This document shows, piece by piece, positions 37,160 to 49,200 of a DNA stretch of 64,000 nt. The position numbers and the translations under genes are program-made. Each line of letters begins with the position of its first letter. Positions within the stretch are counted from its first letter, which is position 1. The DNA comes from Raillietiella orientalis (Eukaryota): positions 2,108,001-2,172,000 of the forward strand of contig JAYWIR010000022.1 of assembly GCA_036172245.1 (NCBI GenBank). The letters run 5' to 3'. The notes beneath the pieces were generated by a model, which saw only the letters and a program-made list of their open reading frames with translations, was not told the origin of the DNA and ran no database searches.

Positions 37160-38427
37160 CCCCTCCTCGCGAGGCCCCTGCGTTTCCCTCTCGCCTCGCC
37201 GTCGCGGCGAGAGGGAAACTGCTTCTGTGCTCCGGCCGGAAGATCCGAAGATGCGGCCTACTTCTGGGGCGCATGGCAACCCTGGCGAAGGAGAACAGCT
37301 GGATGGTTTGTAGCCCCGCCAACTCCTCCGCCTGGCTGAAGGAGACTGCTGGCACCTGGGCTAAGCTAAACCAGAGGAGTGAAGACCCCATGAATTGCCT
37401 GCGTGTCGGCCCATACGCCCGCCGCACCCTGTGGGAAATACTTGAATTTCCCGCGGGTTGCACGTGGGCAGAGACGACCCCCCTTGCTACGGAGATGCCC
37501 TTCCTCCGGAGGACGCTTAGCGGCAGCCAGAAGCCGAGGTGGCAAGTCTCCTGCCGAATCGCAGGCAGGGAGATGTTAAGCGGCTGGACCACAGGAGAAC
37601 TGGCGGACGCCACGACACCGAGCATCCAGCCGAGAGGACTTTTGCGATGGGGAGAGCTGCTCGCCATCCCTACGGATGTGCTGAAGTGGCCCTCGGTACT
37701 AAAGGAATCCAGGATCCTGCCCCTTAAGTGGCAAGAGTCGGCGTTGCTACTGCTGCACTGGGGTTTACCCTGCAACGCACGCCGCTTCCACTGGACAAGG
37801 GGAGCGGTGAATCCTTAGTGTGCCAAGTGCGGAGAGCGGGAATCGCTCTCCCACCTACTTTTGACTGTGCTGCCCTCCGTCCCCTCTGGGAACGGTTCGG
37901 GACGACCCTCGGTCTCCCTGTGGGCAGCCAACCCAGCGACGTTCTCCGTCTTCTCTTCGTGCGGGACGCCCTTCAGCCAGCTGCAGCCGTGGCAGCACTC
38001 TGCTGTATCCGAGGCATCGTGGCGGCCTGGAGCGATACCAGCGAGGAGGGAGTGGATTCAAACGCGATGGCTGTCATCCCATATGCTGTTCGCTTCCTGC
38101 GGAGAGCTATTGGATGGCCCCAGCTGGGAAGATTGAAGATGGACCTCGAGGGTATCCTGATGAGGATGGAACCTCCTCAAAGTGGACCGTGATCCCTTCC
38201 CTTCCCTCCAAAAACTCTTTTTTTTTTCTTTGTTTTCTGGTTTATTTTTCTTTTTGTTTTTCCCCCCATTCCCTTCCACTGCCGAGGAGAGTCACACCGG
38301 GCTGCGTCCCGGTGTGTCGGCAGGTCCGGCATTACGTGGCCGTTAGTGGGGCCTTGTACCACATACTGTAATGACGAGTGAAACCTTTTTTTTAATAAAC
38401 GTCCCGGAGTACCCGGGTGGCATCGCC
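37160..38427 (+). mobile_element. Second 5'-truncated, disrupted copy (B) of the same LINE family
   Basis: GRKIRRCGLLLGRMATLAKEN...LPLKWQESALLLLHWGLPCNARR aligns with copy A. There is a stop at 37816-37818 and a frameshift in the zinc finger. It has the same UTR and hairpin organisation. Confidence 0.88.
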
Positions 38428-40255
38428 GTCGCGGCGCCGGGATCGCGCGCGCTTTCCTAGCCCCATGAGCCCCCATGAGCAGCCCCCATGGCAGGCCCCA
38501 TGAGCGATGAGTCTCGGGCTGCCCCCTCCCCGATCTCGAGCGGTTCCAGAGATCAAAGGCCGAGGCACGCGCGGGCCCCCGTTGCCGTGGCTGCACCGTG
38601 CTCCCCGGTTCCTGGACACCGAGCAGCCGGCCATGTGAGCGGCGGCGCCGAGAGGGAAGGGCAGCGCGCGCACGCCTGGGGACTCCGGCGCACCCAGTTT
38701 CCACTGTCTCCCGAGCAACAAACAATGTTTGCCCTTCGGGTGGAAGGGGACCCCTCTTCCAGGTGCCGGAGGCGTGAGGCGGAATGCTCCCTCTCCGAGC
38801 ACGCCTGTCTTCCCGTGGAGTGGGGCGTTACCTTCCCCTTCCCTACCTCCCGATTCCCTGAAATCGCATTGCTGGGTGCCGACGGCGTGCCATCGCCGAG
38901 AGAGAGCACCTGCGAGCACCCTCGGTCGCGATAGCTTCCGGGTTTCAGGATCGGGGCAGTCCCTCTCCTGGCCGCGGTGGACCTCGCAGCTGCCGAGGAG
39001 GAGGCGAAGGCCACCCGGCGCCTACTTCCCGACCGAAGCCGGCTCCTTGGCCCCGTCTCTCCGGCCCACGCTGCCTCTGAGGAGCGGGCGGCAGTCGCCC
39101 TCCCTCCCGCGGTGATGTCACGCGTGGAACGTCCGACGGAGGTCCGCGCGCTTGGCAGAAGCGCGAGGGCCCACCCCCGGCATCCCCCGGTGCCGGGAAG
39201 GGGAGACAGGAAAAGGGCGCCATGTTGCGGTACCCCGGGAGGCTTTTGGGAGTGGGCAGAAGCGCACCAGTCCTGGACGTCTCGAAGACCTCCGGCCCTC
39301 ATCCAGTCCTGAGGCACAGGGCAGAGCAAGGCAGAGACGTCGGTGCCCAACATCCCCGGGTCGAGCAGACTCCTCCCTCTCCCACATGGCTGCCTCTCCC
39401 CTTACTCGTGCGCAGGAGCCGGACTGCCGTCGCCGCTCCTCCTCTCCCGTCTCACCCCTCCCGTGAAAGCCGTGGGAAACCCTCGGTTCCCCAGAGCCGA
39501 GGAGACCGAAAGGGCTGCGGGACGCATTGCGCCGCTGTCCCCCCGCACGAGCGTCGAGAAAAGGGGTCTCGGAGAATTCACCGGAGAGGTGAAAAACAGG
39601 TACGCCGGGGATGGGTGGGCGGAGAGATCACCCAGTTTCCCACCGAGGAGGGATGACTTTCCGTCGCGGCCGCACGCGAGCGATCGAACCCCCCCTGTGC
39701 GTATGGTCTTCTGCCGCGAGGCGGGGAGCACATCCGCGCCCATGCCCGCCCTCTCGGCTCCCGGCCGGTGAGAGCGTCGACCCGTAGCCGCCCGCTTCCG
39801 TGCCCCTGCGGGAGTGCCCGCGGCGAGGAGAGGAGGACCCCACCGAGTCGCCGGCTGGTGCTGCCATCTCCCGTGCCGCTACGGAAGCTCCAACCACCCT
39901 CCTCCGCAAGCTCGCAACTCCGAAAACAGTCCCGGGTTTCCCCTTCCCCTCCCCATGGGGAGAGGGGAGGAAGGGGAGGAAGCGCCACCTGCCTGCATCT
40001 CGGTCGACGAACGCTCCCGAAGGTCATCCCGGCCGGACTCGCCTCGCCCTCTGGCTTCTCTCTCGTCTTTTCATGCCCACTAGTAGGCCCACCTCGGGGG
40101 TCCTTCCGTACCCGGTGCCCGCTCCCCTCCTCCAACAACCGCCTCCTCGAGGGACGGAACGGAAGGGCATTTTCTCCTCTGTCTTTCTGTATTCGGGTGG
40201 TCAGCTGCGGACCGGGCCTACCCTCGGGCTGCCGGATGTCTCGTCGATGCCTCCC

Positions 40256-43200
40256 TCAGCGGTATCCGGGGTAGCCTGGGTATTCGGGGTAGCCTTCGTA
40301 GCCTCCTCCATAAGTGGGGGGGGCAGGTCCGTCCGGGCCCTCGGTCGTGGTTTCGCCAGGGCTCGGTCTGGGAGCGGTTGTGTCCCACGCGGAGAAGTCC
40401 ATCTCGGGGATGTCGTCGGAGTCGCAGGGGATCACCGGGTTCCTAGAAAGAGGGAGGAGAGGCGCGGGAAGGACGGGAGGAAGGAGGACGGCGCAGTCCC
40501 CGCGCTGCCCTCGACGTCCCGAAGGAGGAGTCGGCGAGGGGGAGCCTCAAGGCAGCCACCGTCCCGCGATGTCTCCTCCTTGGCCCGCTGCGAACCTCAC
40601 CGCGTCTGCGAGCCTCCCGGCGAGAGGGAGCGCTCCCTTCTCCGGGAGGAAGGGCGGAGGCCCTCGCCCCTCACCTTTCCTGGTCGGACAGATACATGGG
40701 CCACGTGTAGACCTCGGCTTCCAGTTCGGAGTTGTCACACAGCAAGCGCGCCATCCTGGCCTTATTGAGCTCCTGGATCTGCTCTGAGGGAGAGGTGCGG
40801 GCGTGGAGCCGCCAGACTTCCCCCACCTCCCACTCCACCCCCATCCCCTGCCCCCGGAACACACTTACGGGGCGTGAAGGCGCTCTGATGCTGCGTGTTC
40901 TGGTACCAGAAGCGGTCTCCCGCCTTGAGGCTGCTGAACTGCTCGGCCACGATGTGCCCGAAGGTGGGGCCCAGCACCGCGCTGGGCACCTTGATCTCCG
41001 CCAGGCCCCCCGTGTACAGGTCGATATCGTCCGGCTGCCTGCGAGAGGAACGCGCGAGAGTGTGGAATGTGTGGGGGAGGGAGCCTCCGCCACTCCCGCC
41101 CCGTCCCCAGGGGTACTCACGAGTACAGCAAACGCAGGATCTTCAGGGTTGCGTTGGTGAAGACGGCCATCTTGGAGAGCTCCTTCCAGTCGTTAGAGTG
41201 GGCCAGGCGGAAGAGCCTTCTGGATGGGCAGGGAGGCGTGGGAAGGCGAGAAGGGTCCCAGAGAAGTGGGGAGGAGGGGGAAGGGGGGAATGATAGAGAG
41301 GTCGCAGGCACGCGCCAGGGACGGCAACAAGCGCCCCGTCATGTCATCCCTCGAATCCGCCTGGGATTGGAGACGGAAGGGTGGGCCTGGAGGGAGTGCA
41401 AGGACTCCTTGGTGTGCCATCCGGGCCGTCGGCTCACTGAGCGCTTGGCAGCGGGGCCTCCCTAACCGCCCAGCCCATCCCGGGAACCGCGGGGGGGCAG
41501 GAAGAGGAGGTGGATCGGCCGGATGGGACGACCCGCTCACTTCACGAGAGGTCTCCCAACTGCCGCAGCCGCCAGAGCTGGGTGCGGCACTCCCACTCCC
41601 TACCTGCCTGAAGGACGTTCCCTCTCACCCTTCCCCCTCCCTCAGGAAGGCTGCGATGTCCGTTCAGCATCCCTGAAGGACTGAGATCTTCCTGACTTCC
41701 CGGGAGGGGAGGAATTTCTTCCCCACCCCACTTGCCACGGTTCCCGGAGCGCCCCTCTCCGCCTCCCCTCCCTCCTCCAGCTGAGAAACGGTGCAGCGCC
41801 GCTTCCTGCTGATGCTGGGACCACCCATGGGAGGGGGGAACGCAGCCCTTCGGTCTGCCTGTGCCCAGACGAAGCGGGGATGGGGCCGCCGAAAGGAGGG
41901 GCCAGGAGGACAGCGCCATGAGCATTCAGCAGGCAACCAGAGCACCGATCTTGGGAGGGTCACTGCACTTCACGATGCGCTTCCTTTTTCTTCTCTACTC
42001 TCGTTCCCTGGGATGGTTCTTCCGTCCCTTCCGTCGCAGTGCCACGGGATGGAGCAGAACCACTGGGACAGTAGAGGGAGAGTGCAGGAGCTCTCCCTCC
42101 CCTTCCCTCCTCCCCGCAACAATAGAACCCGGTGCTACTGGCGGGAGTGCACATCCGCCTCTCGGAGGGATGAGGCTTCCCGAGGGACAGCCCGCAGCAG
42201 GCGGGCAGGCGGACGGGGGCTCTCCGCCGCGTCCCTGCGACGCGCGGTCGGCCGTTGCCAGCGGCTTCCCAGCCGCCACGGGGAGAAGCGGGGGATGCCT
42301 CGAAAGACCCCAGTGGGAAGGGCTGGAGGTAATGGGGGGTGCGATAGGTCACCTGTAATGCATGTATCCCGGGAGGCCCACGTCCCTCCCCCTCTGTATG
42401 TCGATGGACACGAGGTCAAGGCCAAACTCCTGCTTGGGGTTCTCGAAGAGGTGGTTCCTCAGCTGGAAAGCAGAGAGCGGCTCCTGGGACGCAAAGGAGG
42501 GAGGCACCTGACCTCCAGTGTGACCAATTCGTCGAACTCCGAGGAGGCAGTCGTGTAGAGCCCCCTGAGGAACTCTTCGAAGGCCTCCGGGGATTGTAGG
42601 AAGAAGGGCATCAGGAAGGTAGAGCCCAGGCGGTGGGCGGCTGCAACGAAGTGCCCCCCGTTAGGAGAGAGCAGCCCTTCCTCCCCCCCCCTCGCACACT
42701 CTAGGTCCCCGTCCCCGCACCCAGGCACGCCAGCCGCCGGGGTCAACGCGCCCGAGAGGGAGCATCATGCCAGCCGGTCGAGCGGCAGGAGGAAGGGGTA
42801 CGCACGGCGTGACCTCTCTAGCCAGCGGGCCCCACCCTTCGCCCCCTCGGCCGAGGCCGGTGGTGTGATCTCTCGGAAGCGGACCGAGGGACCCATCCTG
42901 GAGACCCTCCTTCCCTGCGGAGGGAGCCGAGAGGGTCCGGCCCTCCCGTTCCCTGGACGCTGAGAGGAACGCGGCGTCCCGAGCGTCTGTGCGTGTGAAG
43001 ACGCACCCGGCCACCGACCCGAGAGGGGCTCCGGACCTCGGCGGGCCACGACCTCGCACTCCACCCCCTCCTCCCTCCTCCAGATGGCCGACCCCTTCCC
43101 TCGAGCACGTTCGCTGGTCTCCCTCGGTAGCTTCCACGGCTCGTTCTGCATCCCGCGCGGCGAGCGTCCTGGGATCGAGCTGCCGGAGCGGCTCGGGTCC

Positions 43201-46200
43201 ACCCCTGACCCGGAAGAGGGCTTCCTTTCCCTCACCCGGAGGATGGGCCGGACTAGGTGTCCTGTGGAGGGTCGGACCGCGGGCCGCCCTTGCCTCCCCG
43301 GGCAGTTGCCTCCCCCGCCTCGCGTAGCGCATCTACACGGCTGCTCTCTGCCAGCGCGTCCTCGAAGCTCTGTCGATGGGCGCCGAGACCCCGGAAGGAC
43401 CAGGAGCGCGGGGGGATAGAGGAGGGGTGAACCCACGAGACCAGCATCTTGAGACCTGAGCCCGCTCAGGGGTTCCCCCGAAAATTTTCGTTTTCCCTCG
43501 ACCGAAAAGTGGAGCGACTCGGGGAGAAGGACGACGGGATGAGGCAGGGCAGTCGGGGAAGAGTGGTTGTCGCCCCGGACGAGGTGTGCGCCTGCGCCTT
43601 CGAGGTCCCGAGAAGCGGGAGAGGGCGCCTCCGAGCTCTCTCGAGGGGAGCATCGCGGGGGGAGGTGGAAAGGGCCGGTGCCGGAGAGCGCCAGTAGACA
43701 GTCGGGGGAGGGGAATCCGCCCAAGGAGGTGACCTCGGGGGGCGCCTCCGACCCTCAGGATCTGGTCTCCTTTCCCCCTACCAGGATCGAGACGGGAATC
43801 CGGGAGAAGAAAGGAAAATCAGCCTCTACTTCGGGAAGGGGTCGCAGCCTCTGCAGCCGCCCGCTGCTGAGCCTCCGCCCCTGCGGTCTCTCCAGCCGGT
43901 CGAGCAAGGAGGAAGGGCGAGGTTCTCCGCGCGCCCCATTTCGCCTCCGATCGACGGCTCTGCTGGCACTGCCCGGTCAGCCTCATCGCTCGCGTTCCCA
44001 AGTGCCGCCCGGAGAGACCCTTGGATCCTGGTCAGCATGCTTGGATCGAAGGGTCGAGCCCTCTGGCAGGTTCAGGGGTCAAGTCCAGAGCCGCCGCCGG
44101 TGGCATCAGCAGCGGCAGTCCCCGGCGTGCTGCGGAGCGGAACCGCCAAGAAGACCACGAGAAGGTCATCGCCATCCTCACCAGACGGCGCTTTCTCGCG
44201 GCTACCGGGAAAACAAGCCTCCCTTGTTTCCGCTGGAAACAAGGGGGGCTGGCGAGCTCGCTTCGCTTCCTCCGCCTTTCCTCCGCCGACAGCGGCGGAG
44301 CGGCGTCACGCAGCCAGACCGCGGGAATTTGCCGCCCCCCTCATCCAGCATCTTCCCTTTTGCTTTCCTAACCTGCGTATGGGCGCCCCCTCTCGCCAGA
44401 GGGGAAAGGAGGGTCTCCTGCTGTGTAGGATGGAGAAAGATCGCGCACGTCACCTAAGCGCAGGAGGGAAGAAATTTTTTTTTCGAGGAGCGATTGCACG
44501 AAGAGAAGGAAGGGAGAGGGGGAAGCGGCGCCTCTCTGAATCGGATGCGGGGGGCAGGGGGAAACAGAGCGCTCGAGGGAGAAGGTTCGTGTCCGGAGTG
44601 CGCGCGCTCAGCGCCGGCTAGCGGCCAAAGAGTTTCGCCCGAGCGCTTCGCCGCCAGACGGCAGCGCGCCGACGCATCCCCCCTTACCTATGGGTATGCG
44701 CTCCTTGTCCACCCTGTCCAGCATGGGTGGCACGACAGAGTGGCCAAACCTGAAGGCCGCGGCGGCGAACTCGATCGAGCTCGTTGGGTCGACTTTGAAG
44801 TCGTACTTGTAGTTCTAAACGCCCCCCCGCCCGCGAGATGCTCCAGGCGCACCCCCGACCCTCTTACCTTGTCCAAGACCAGGTTGTAGAAATCCATAAA
44901 GTCCACCCCCAGCAGCGCCGGCAGGAACTCGTTGTAGGTGACCACTTGCATCTCGGCGGCCACGATCCTGCGGGCCGTCTGCACCGGGAGCCCCGAAGGG
45001 AGAGAGATGAGTCAGCAGCAGACCACGGAGACCCCACCGCCGCCCCCATCACCCCTCTCCTGTGGGTGCGCGACAAACCTGGAACAGAGTCTCGTCGTCC
45101 CACTCTGGGTTCACCCTCTCCAGCTCCTCGGCGACCCGGTTGTGCTCGCTGAGCATCAGGATGACCATCTGCGCTATGCCGATGTTCATGTTGGCCCGGA
45201 CGTCCCCTGAGGTGGCAGACTCGGCACTGCCGCACCCCACGACCGCGATGCCCCCTTCCTCACCTGTCTGGAAGCAGAAGACCTCCTTCTTCATCCTCAG
45301 GCAGAAGGAGTCGGGACCGTCCTTCTTGAGAGGCGGAAGCGACTCCGTGTCCAGCAGCATGCGGCCTCCCTGGTTCTCCCTCAGGGTCCTAAGGCAGCGA
45401 ACAGAACGCGGGTACGCCCTCCGTGAGTTCTCCTCCCGGCCGCGGGAGGTGCGCCGCCACACATGCGCGAGAAGCGCGTGCAGGTGGGAGGGTTGGAACA
45501 GGGGAGTGCCGAGGCGGGGAGGGCAACCCCCGACATCCCGGGGAAGCCGCGGGCGGAGCTGGACCGTGGTGGTGATGGTGAGGTGGAGGAAGGAGTGCGC
45601 ACACTCCCGGGGTCCGACGGGCACGGTACGCAGATCCTTCGGTGCCTGCGGTGCACGCCAAGGCGGCGGCGAACAGGCCGCGACCCTCCCAGAGGGCCGG
45701 TCGCCCCATCCCGCTTAAACCCGACCACCCCCTTTGCTCATGTGGAGGGGACGCAGCCCCCCTCTTTCCCTTGCCTCGCCTTGGGTCGGCGCCACCCGGC
45801 CGGCGTTTCCGTCCCACTTCCCTCAAGGGCGTCTGAGACCCTTTACGACCCCGGGATTTATCAGATGGAGAGAGCGGAGGCTGCCGCCCCTTCCCGCCTA
45901 GCGCAGCCACTTCCCGGAGGGGCCCGTCAAGGCCCAAACATCCGGGGCAGGCCGCCTCGCCCCTCTTCCCCTCGGGGGCTGGCAACTCACCTCAATAAAT
46001 CCGGATCGACCCCGTAAATGGAGCTGCCGTCGATGGTGGAGGTCACCAGGTTGAACCCATTCCTTTGCCCTGGGGCGACGGGAACCCTTTTACGACCCGA
46101 CCAGCCGCGACCTCGCGTACCCAGCCTGCAGGACTCCCTCAGCCCGGGGTTTATCCTGAAGTTGTCGAAGCAGGTGACCCCGTAGGGGGAGTAGAAAGAG

Positions 46201-49200
46201 TCGTTGAAGAGCACCTGCACCCTCATACAGTGCTGAGGTGGGCGCTCGCCCGCTGCGTGGTCGCCGCAGCACTTACCGACGCCCCATCTGGCGTAGTCTG
46301 TTGCGGAAGTGTGAAGAGGGATCCGAGCGCCCACCGCTCCCGCCTTACCCAGGTCGATGGCCGCGAAGGTGGTCTCCAAGTAAAGCAGGTGGCCCCAGTA
46401 GGCAAACACCTTGCTGAGCGCCGCCGCCGCGTAGTCGGCGGTGCTTCCGTGCACGCGGTTGGACACCACGCGCTCCATCGGCAGCCCCCGCTGCCGGGGG
46501 GACTGTAGATCGTCGTCGTAGGCGGCCGGCAGCAGCCTGATGAGCAGACGCGCGCGCGCGCGTGGGAGGAGGGGGAAGTAGGACCGTTTCTGCCGGACGG
46601 CCCGGCGGACTGCGGGTCGCACCACGGGACGCCAGGGGACGCGCCCTGGAGTTTCCGCAAGCACCGGAAACCCTGCCCGAACGCACGCTCTCCACCACTT
46701 CGCGTGAACCCCAGGCAGCCCTGACGCTCGCCTTCCCTCCCACGTCTCCTCCGCCCGGAAACAGCCCGCGCGTGGCCGTGCCGGTGGTATTCGGGGAGGA
46801 AGGACACATGATCGGCCATCACTAGTGCAAGAGCCCCTCCTTTCCCTGCCCCCCTTGCCGCTGTCAGGAAGCGGAGCCATGCGACGGAAACGGAAAGACG
46901 GTGGCGCCGTCGAACGCAGTTGGCGGAGAGTACAGCAGCTGCCGTCAGGGAGAGGGACGGGGCACACGGCAACAAGGGGAGCGTGCGCCCACGTCATCCC
47001 TTCAGAAGTCGCCTGCGGACGGGTGGCAAGCAGCGGGTTCGCGCATTTTCCGCGAGCGTTTCCTCAGGGGGCAATGGGCGGGCGCCAAGCTCCGGGCTGG
47101 AGCCACAAAAACCGAAGCACCGGCAGGCCGGTCGCTCTCCCCGGTGGCGTGTCTCCTAAGGCGCCACAGGTGTCCGCTCGGAGGTGCCGCGCTCGAGGCC
47201 CTCCGTTCGCACGCAGCCCCGCTCTTCCCGGGGACTCAAGTAGCCTTCGGGGATCGTCGCAGAAGACCCCAGCGACCTCCCCTGACCAGCACCCGGAGTC
47301 TGGGCTGGTCAGGCATCCCTCTTTCCGAAAGACTCCCGGCGTCGGGCGGGGGGTTAGGGGGCGAGCTCACCAGAAGCTTGTCGCGCTCGCCTTGCCGCGA
47401 CCCCCCCAGAGTCGCACGGCCTTAAGACTACAAAAAGGGGTGAGGGGGACAGGGTGACTGCGCCTCATCAGACCTCGTTCACGTGGCCTTGAACCGCTGA
47501 ACTCCTGTGGCTTCCGCCGTACGAGGATCCCTCTCAGAGCGCGCCGCCCCTCCCCTCTCCTTCTGCACGACGGGAACCCCAGGAGCGAGGGAGGATTCAG
47601 AACCACCACCTCGGGCGGCGGCAGAGGAGGCTCTCAGGGGGCGCGGACAAACGGAGAGGCCTCTGGAGGGTGCTTGGTCTCGCTGCCCGGACTCTTCGGC
47701 TCCTGAACAAAGGACGTGCTGCCTCTCCCCTTCCTCCTGCCCACCGGGCCACGCCGGTGCACGGAGCGGGAGGAGGCTCTCGAAGGGAATGGAAGTACGG
47801 TGCCCCGCGCGGAGTCTGGGTCAGAAATGGGGGGCTCCTGAAAGACGCGGGAGGGGGTCCTCTCGGAAAAGGGAGCCTTGGCTTCATAGCGCCCCAAGGG
47901 GTGGTCCCTCAACACGAAGAAAGGAGAGCCCCGGGAGACTCAAGGGGCGTGTCGTGGCAGGGGCGAAGCCCCCGACTTCCCCCATGTTCTCCCTCCGGAG
48001 CCCTGGGATCTGATCGAACTTTCAGGTTCGTGGAGCCGCACGCTACCTACCCCACGAAAGCGCATGCTTCTTCCTTGTGCTCGACGGATGCAGCAGGGAA
48101 TCTGATATTTGCGGAGGGGGCGCGTCGAGGGACTTCTCGTTCCGCAGTTGTGGGTCCGCTATTCCGCAACCCTCCTCCCGAGACCCTCTCTTCCTCGCTT
48201 CCCACGCGAGAGCCCCCAGCAAATCAACGGGCCGAGCTCTGCGAGAACCAAGCGGGGAGGGGGGTTGGAGCTTCTGCCGCCGGCCGCGAGATGTCTCTGC
48301 TTTCCATCTCTGTCTTTCCCGTCTGGCGGCGGCGTCCGAGAGCACGACTCCGCGAACACCGAAAAGAGAGACCGCGTTCGAGACAGGAGACCGAGGAAAA
48401 GGTGGAAGCTCTGAGGCGTGCGGGAGACGCACGCATCCCGTGGTGTGGACAAAGTCCGGCGGCGTGGAGTCTTCGCGATCCCTCAGGAGAGCGGAGGAGT
48501 AGGAAAGGCGCCACGACGCCGAGAGAGGGAAGGCAAGGAAGGCCCGTGACCCTCGGGGCCCCGGGAAAGCGACGTCACCGGACCCCATGGGGCCTCGGGC
48601 ACCTGAGCTTCCCTTTCCTCACTCCCGTAAGCCTCTGACCCCGTGCTCCGAGCCGAAATGCCAGAAAACGCAGCACGCGAAGACCTTCGCAAGGGCCATC
48701 GCCTCCCTCAAAGCCGGGATGTCCGGCCATGCAGAGTCTCAGCGGCTGGAAGACACTCTGTCGGGCTGCTTCGTTCCAGATGGAGAAGCAATTGGTCTCT
48801 GAGCTGAGCGGGAGCACTCCCTCAGGTAGGGGCCGACAGCTCTCCCCCTCACGAAGCTCACGACGGCGAGGTCCACAGGCTAGCAGGACCGGAGCGGCCC
48901 CATGCCTGCGCGCTGCCCCAAACTCCGTCCCGATCGAGCTGTTTCCTTCTCTCCTCCCGCTCCTCCCGAGCGGAGGGGACGTGTCCCTTCCCTTCCTTCG
49001 GGAAGGACGGGTGGATACTGTCCCCGGGCTCACCCTCCACCGCCGCCGGGCGACGCGGCGCGGGCCGGAACGCACCTCCTGTACTGGGCCATGGCCGCTC
49101 CGAAGATCAGGTGCTCGACATTGTTGCAGATGCCGTCAATGTCCTGGGGTGCGTCCTCGTTGCAGGTCAACTTCCAGAAGATAGAAGGGCAGAGCTTCTG

